Assembly: GCA_950097015.1 (NCBI GenBank)
Contig: CATNEN010000038.1
Location: 24,490,001-24,554,000, forward strand
Source of the DNA: Macrostomum hystrix
Taxonomy: Eukaryota > Animalia > Platyhelminthes
Direction: 5' to 3'
Length of the DNA stretch: 64,000 nt
Part shown: piece after piece, positions 60,546 to 64,000 of the stretch
How positions within the stretch are numbered: the stretch's first letter is position 1
Layout: every line of letters starts with the position of its first letter
Position numbers and translations under genes: made by a program
Notes under the pieces: model-generated
The model's database searches: none
What the model was told of the DNA's origin: nothing
The model's input: the letters and a program-made list of their open reading frames with translations, nothing else

Positions 60546-60917
60546 TCTGTTTCCATATTTTCTAAACATGCTCGTTGTAACACACTAAAAGTTGGGAACG
60601 AACCGAGACCGGTTTATGGCTTGTTTGCCTTCGTCAGTCAGCCAAAGCCACACGCAGTCCTCTCCCACCACTCTCAGTGTGCACAGAAGTCTCTTTTAAG
60701 CTTGCCATTTTTATGGCGATGTTTTTTTAGTGTTATGTGAGAGTTTTGCAGCCAAGTCTTTGCTTTTCTACTGTTGTCAGTAGTCTGAATTGTATCTCTC
60801 ACACTCGTATTTTACTGTTAGTAGCATTAAACGGCTTTTTACTTATAGAACCAGTAATAGTGTATAAAAATGGTATAGAATGAATGAAAAATTGAAGAAG
60901 AAAATTGATTGATTCGA

Positions 60918-61153
60918 GAATTTGAGATAGAGTGATGGTGAATGTGTGATAGGGGGATAGAGATTTGGAGATAGAGTGATGGTGAATGTGTGATAGGGGG
61001 ATAGAGATTTGGAGATAGAGTGATGGTGAATGTGTGATAGGGGGATAGAGATTTGGAGATAGAGTGATGGTGAATGTGTGATAGGGGGATAGAGATTTGG
61101 AGATAGAGTGATGGTGAATGTGTGATAGGGGGATAGAGATTTGGAGATAGAGT
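60918..61153. repeat. 44-bp tandem repeat, about 5 copies
   Basis: AGATTTGGAGATAGAGTGATGGTGAATGTGTGATAGGGGGATAG. Confidence 0.95.
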
Positions 61154-61454
61154 GCTGTGAAATAGGAGAGAAATTTAATTTAGGAATGTTCCTCATTTCA
61201 AAGTAGGCTTTGAGTAGCAGTGGGAAATTTCTATTACGCTAATCAAATGCCGAATTAAAAGAGAAAATGATATATTGTCAATTGTTCTACTTTGTCCTGG
61301 GGAATTTCCTAGGCGGATGAAGCTCGAAGATTCATTTTAGTACTTGAGTAGCTTGCTGACTGTGGCCGTAAATTCGTAAAACTCACTTCTTGGTGATAGT
61401 TAAAAACCATGTACAGCACGGCCGCAGCTATTGCGCGACGCTGATCATTCATTT

Positions 61455-61990
61455 GTGACTCATGAGCATTTCCAGTGACTCATGAGCATTTCCAGTGACT
61501 CATGAGCATTTCCAGTGACTCATGAGCATTTCCAGAGACTCACGAGCATTTTTAGAATTTCATGAGCATTTCCAGTGACTCATGAGCATTTCCAGTGACT
61601 CATGAGCATTTCCAGTGACTCATGAGCATTTCCAGTGACTCATGAGCATTTCCAGTGACTCATGAGCATTTCCAGTGACTCATGAGCATTTCCAGTGACT
61701 CATGAGCATTTCCAGTGACTCATGAGCATTTCCAGAGACTCACGAGCATTTTTAGAATTTCATGAGCATTTCCAGTGACTCATGAGCATTTCCAGTGACT
61801 CATGAGCACTTCCAGTGACTCATGAGCACTTCCAGTGACTCATGAGCATTTACAGGGACTCATGGGCATTTCCAGTGACTCATGAGCACTTCCAGTAACT
61901 CTTGAGCCTTTTTAGTGACTCATGAGCATTGACAGTGACTCATGAGCATTTTCAGTGACCCATGAGCATTTCCGTTGACTCATGGGAATT
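61455..61990. repeat. 20-bp minisatellite (GTGACTCATGAGCATTTCCA)n carrying the AP-1 consensus
   Basis: TGACTCA present in most of about 26 units. Confidence 0.95.
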
Positions 61991-62497
61991 TTCTACGACA
62001 TATGACCACTGATATTATCTATGACCATCAAATCCAGTTGATGACTAGTTTTCGTGTTCTAGCTATGTTAAATTTAATACGTGCTGTAGTATATTTCAAT
62101 TTTCAATTTGATGTATGTCTAATGCGACCTAGTTCTCTATAAACATCATAAAATACGACAGATGACTAACAACGCAAGATAGTGTTTGATAGTTTTGTTA
62201 TCTCGTCAATTTAACTAGAATATGTGTCCGCAGAAAAAGTTCAACTGATTGCCCCCAAACAGTGTTTCTTCTCTCCCATCTCTGATGGTAAAGACAGCAA
62301 TTATTCCCCCCAACACGCGAACCCCTGAATGTTCCAGGGCTAAACGGCAATCAGAGGATATTGTTTATGTCGTTCCACACCTGAAGCTTGAGAAAATTGC
62401 TTCAGGTTTCCCGTCAGATGGCTAAGCCTTTGGGCGACGGAAAACTGACAATTTCTGAAATCATCAGAGCGCATACCTTCCAAACCTTCAACACTTA

Positions 62498-63106
62498 CTC
62501 TGTCTAACACATGGCTGCTCTGTCTAACACATGGCTGCTCTGTCTAACACCTAACTGCTCTGTCTAACACCTGGCTGCTCTGTCTAACACATAGCTGCTC
62601 TGTCTAACACCTAACTGCTCTGTCTAACACCTGGCTGCTCTGTCTAACACCTGGCTGCTCTGTCTAACACCTAACTGCTCTGTCTAACACCTGGCTGCTC
62701 TGTCTAACAACTATCTGCTCTGTCTAACACCTGGTGATCAAGGTCTTCTTAAAGACAGGGTGTCCAACAGACAGGGTGTCCAACAAACAGGGTGTCTAAA
62801 AGACAGTGTCTAACAGAAATGGTGTCTTAAAGACAGGGTGTCCAACAGACAGGGTGTCTAAAAGACAGGGTGTCCAACAGACAGGGTGTCCAACAGACAG
62901 AGTGTCCAACAGACAGGGTGTCTAAAAGACAGTGTGTCTAACAGAAATGGTGTCTTAAAGACAGGGTGTCCAACAGACAGAATATATGAGACACAGGGTG
63001 TCTAACAGACAGAATATATGAGACACAGGGTGTCTAACAGACAGAATATATGAGACACAGGGTGTCTAACAGACAGAATATATGAGACACAGGGTGTCTA
63101 ACAGAC
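62498..63106. repeat. Adjacent minisatellites (CTCTGTCTAACACCTGGCTG)n and (ACAGGGTGTCYAACAG)-based repeats
   Basis: Direct reading; both contain TGTCTAACA. Confidence 0.9.
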
Positions 63107-63485
63107 TTGTACAACTTTTCCAACAAATACTTTGCGCAGCTGTGACGCAAGCCTTAGATTTGTTCGATTATGCTTGCTGACGCACTAAATATTGATGGTG
63201 GGAGGATTCTGGTGCAATCATCCAGGTATTACTGAGCAATTCAACACAAACAGTTGTTCCAATAATTATTGAGCAATTCGGACTGCTCAATTGATTGGCA
63301 AATCGAGTCTAGGAATCAGTTGGAGATTGGGCAGAGATTGGGTGGGAGACTGCCTCAGCTGACCAATACCTTTGAGGGTACAGGTAGTGAGTCTTCCAGG
63401 CCAGTTTTGCGATCAAATAAATCCACTCGGAGCTATCCAGCAGAACAGAAGAAAATAATTTGCTACAAACTGAAACTGAAAAACA

Positions 63486-63962
63486 ATGCAAGCCAACTCT
63501 ACCAGCAACTGTGGTACTGGAGGCGGTCAGTCTGCTAAGAAATTGGCGTTCAGCATTAGTCGAATTCTGAATCTACCGACTAATAATGAGCAGCAACTGT
63601 CTGTTAACACGCCGACAATAGAGCATCAACCTTCAGGGACGTCTGCGCCATCAACTTCGCTTCTGGCCTGGCTGTCTCAGCTGCCGAATCACGCTGTCAC
63701 AGTCCAGCATTCACTAACTGGCATAGGTGGGTGAGCTTGAGCAGGACTTAGAATTTTAGGGATTTCAGATAAAAATGACTAGTTGATGTACAATTGAAGT
63801 TCATGATTCGCACTACCAACCCTAACCCTAACCCTAACCCTAACCCTAAACCTATCCATTGTAGAAGCGTACAACAACACCGCACATTCTGCGGTCGAAT
63901 ACTGCGATTACAATACTGGCTTGCCTATGTCCCAGCAGCAGCAGCAGCTGCAGCAGCTAGAG
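63486..63962 (+). CDS. 5' exons of an eh1-motif transcriptional repressor (probably NK/ANTP-class homeobox), 3' part outside window
   Basis: MQANS...KKLAFSISRILNLP (FxIxxIL eh1 motif); exon 1 ends at 63726 or 63730; exon 2 is 63865-63962 followed by GTAAGC. No homeodomain is visible in the window. Confidence 0.65.
63818..63848. repeat. Interstitial telomeric-type repeat (AACCCT)5
   Basis: TTAGGG-type repeat inside a short intron. Confidence 0.9.
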
Positions 63963-64000
63963 GTAAGCTATGGACAAAAGCTATGAGGTGTCAGTGAACT

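Overview
Eukaryotic (metazoan invertebrate) DNA with GT-AG introns and an extreme load of minisatellites; the style is suggestive of a free-living flatworm such as Macrostomum, but that is inference. Genes reconstructed by hand: a PTPRN/IA-2 receptor-type pseudophosphatase (minus strand, 15 exons at 4392-21831, 3' end outside the window), NDUFS4 (plus), a divergent L1CAM-like Ig membrane protein with a FIGGY tail (minus), RPB10/POLR2L (plus), two tandem DEG/ENaC channel paralogs (minus), a small type-I membrane ORF, and the first two exons of an eh1-motif transcription factor. Mobile DNA: an open ORF2 of a Loa/I-group LINE inside a PTPRN intron, a decayed relative, a Gypsy gag/protease relic, two tRNA-derived SINE families and several MITEs. 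Most unusual signals: minisatellites that carry or supply splice signals (an array of about 50 CTAACAG|GT units, a repeat-derived NDUFS4 acceptor, a telomeric repeat at a branch-point position, a shared TGTCTAACA core); exon-limited homogenisation between the ENaC paralogs; four hairpins with an invariant AATAC loop; an AP-1 multimer upstream of the eh1 gene; and a 5'-inverted SINE with twin-priming geometry. All exon and repeat boundaries were read by eye.
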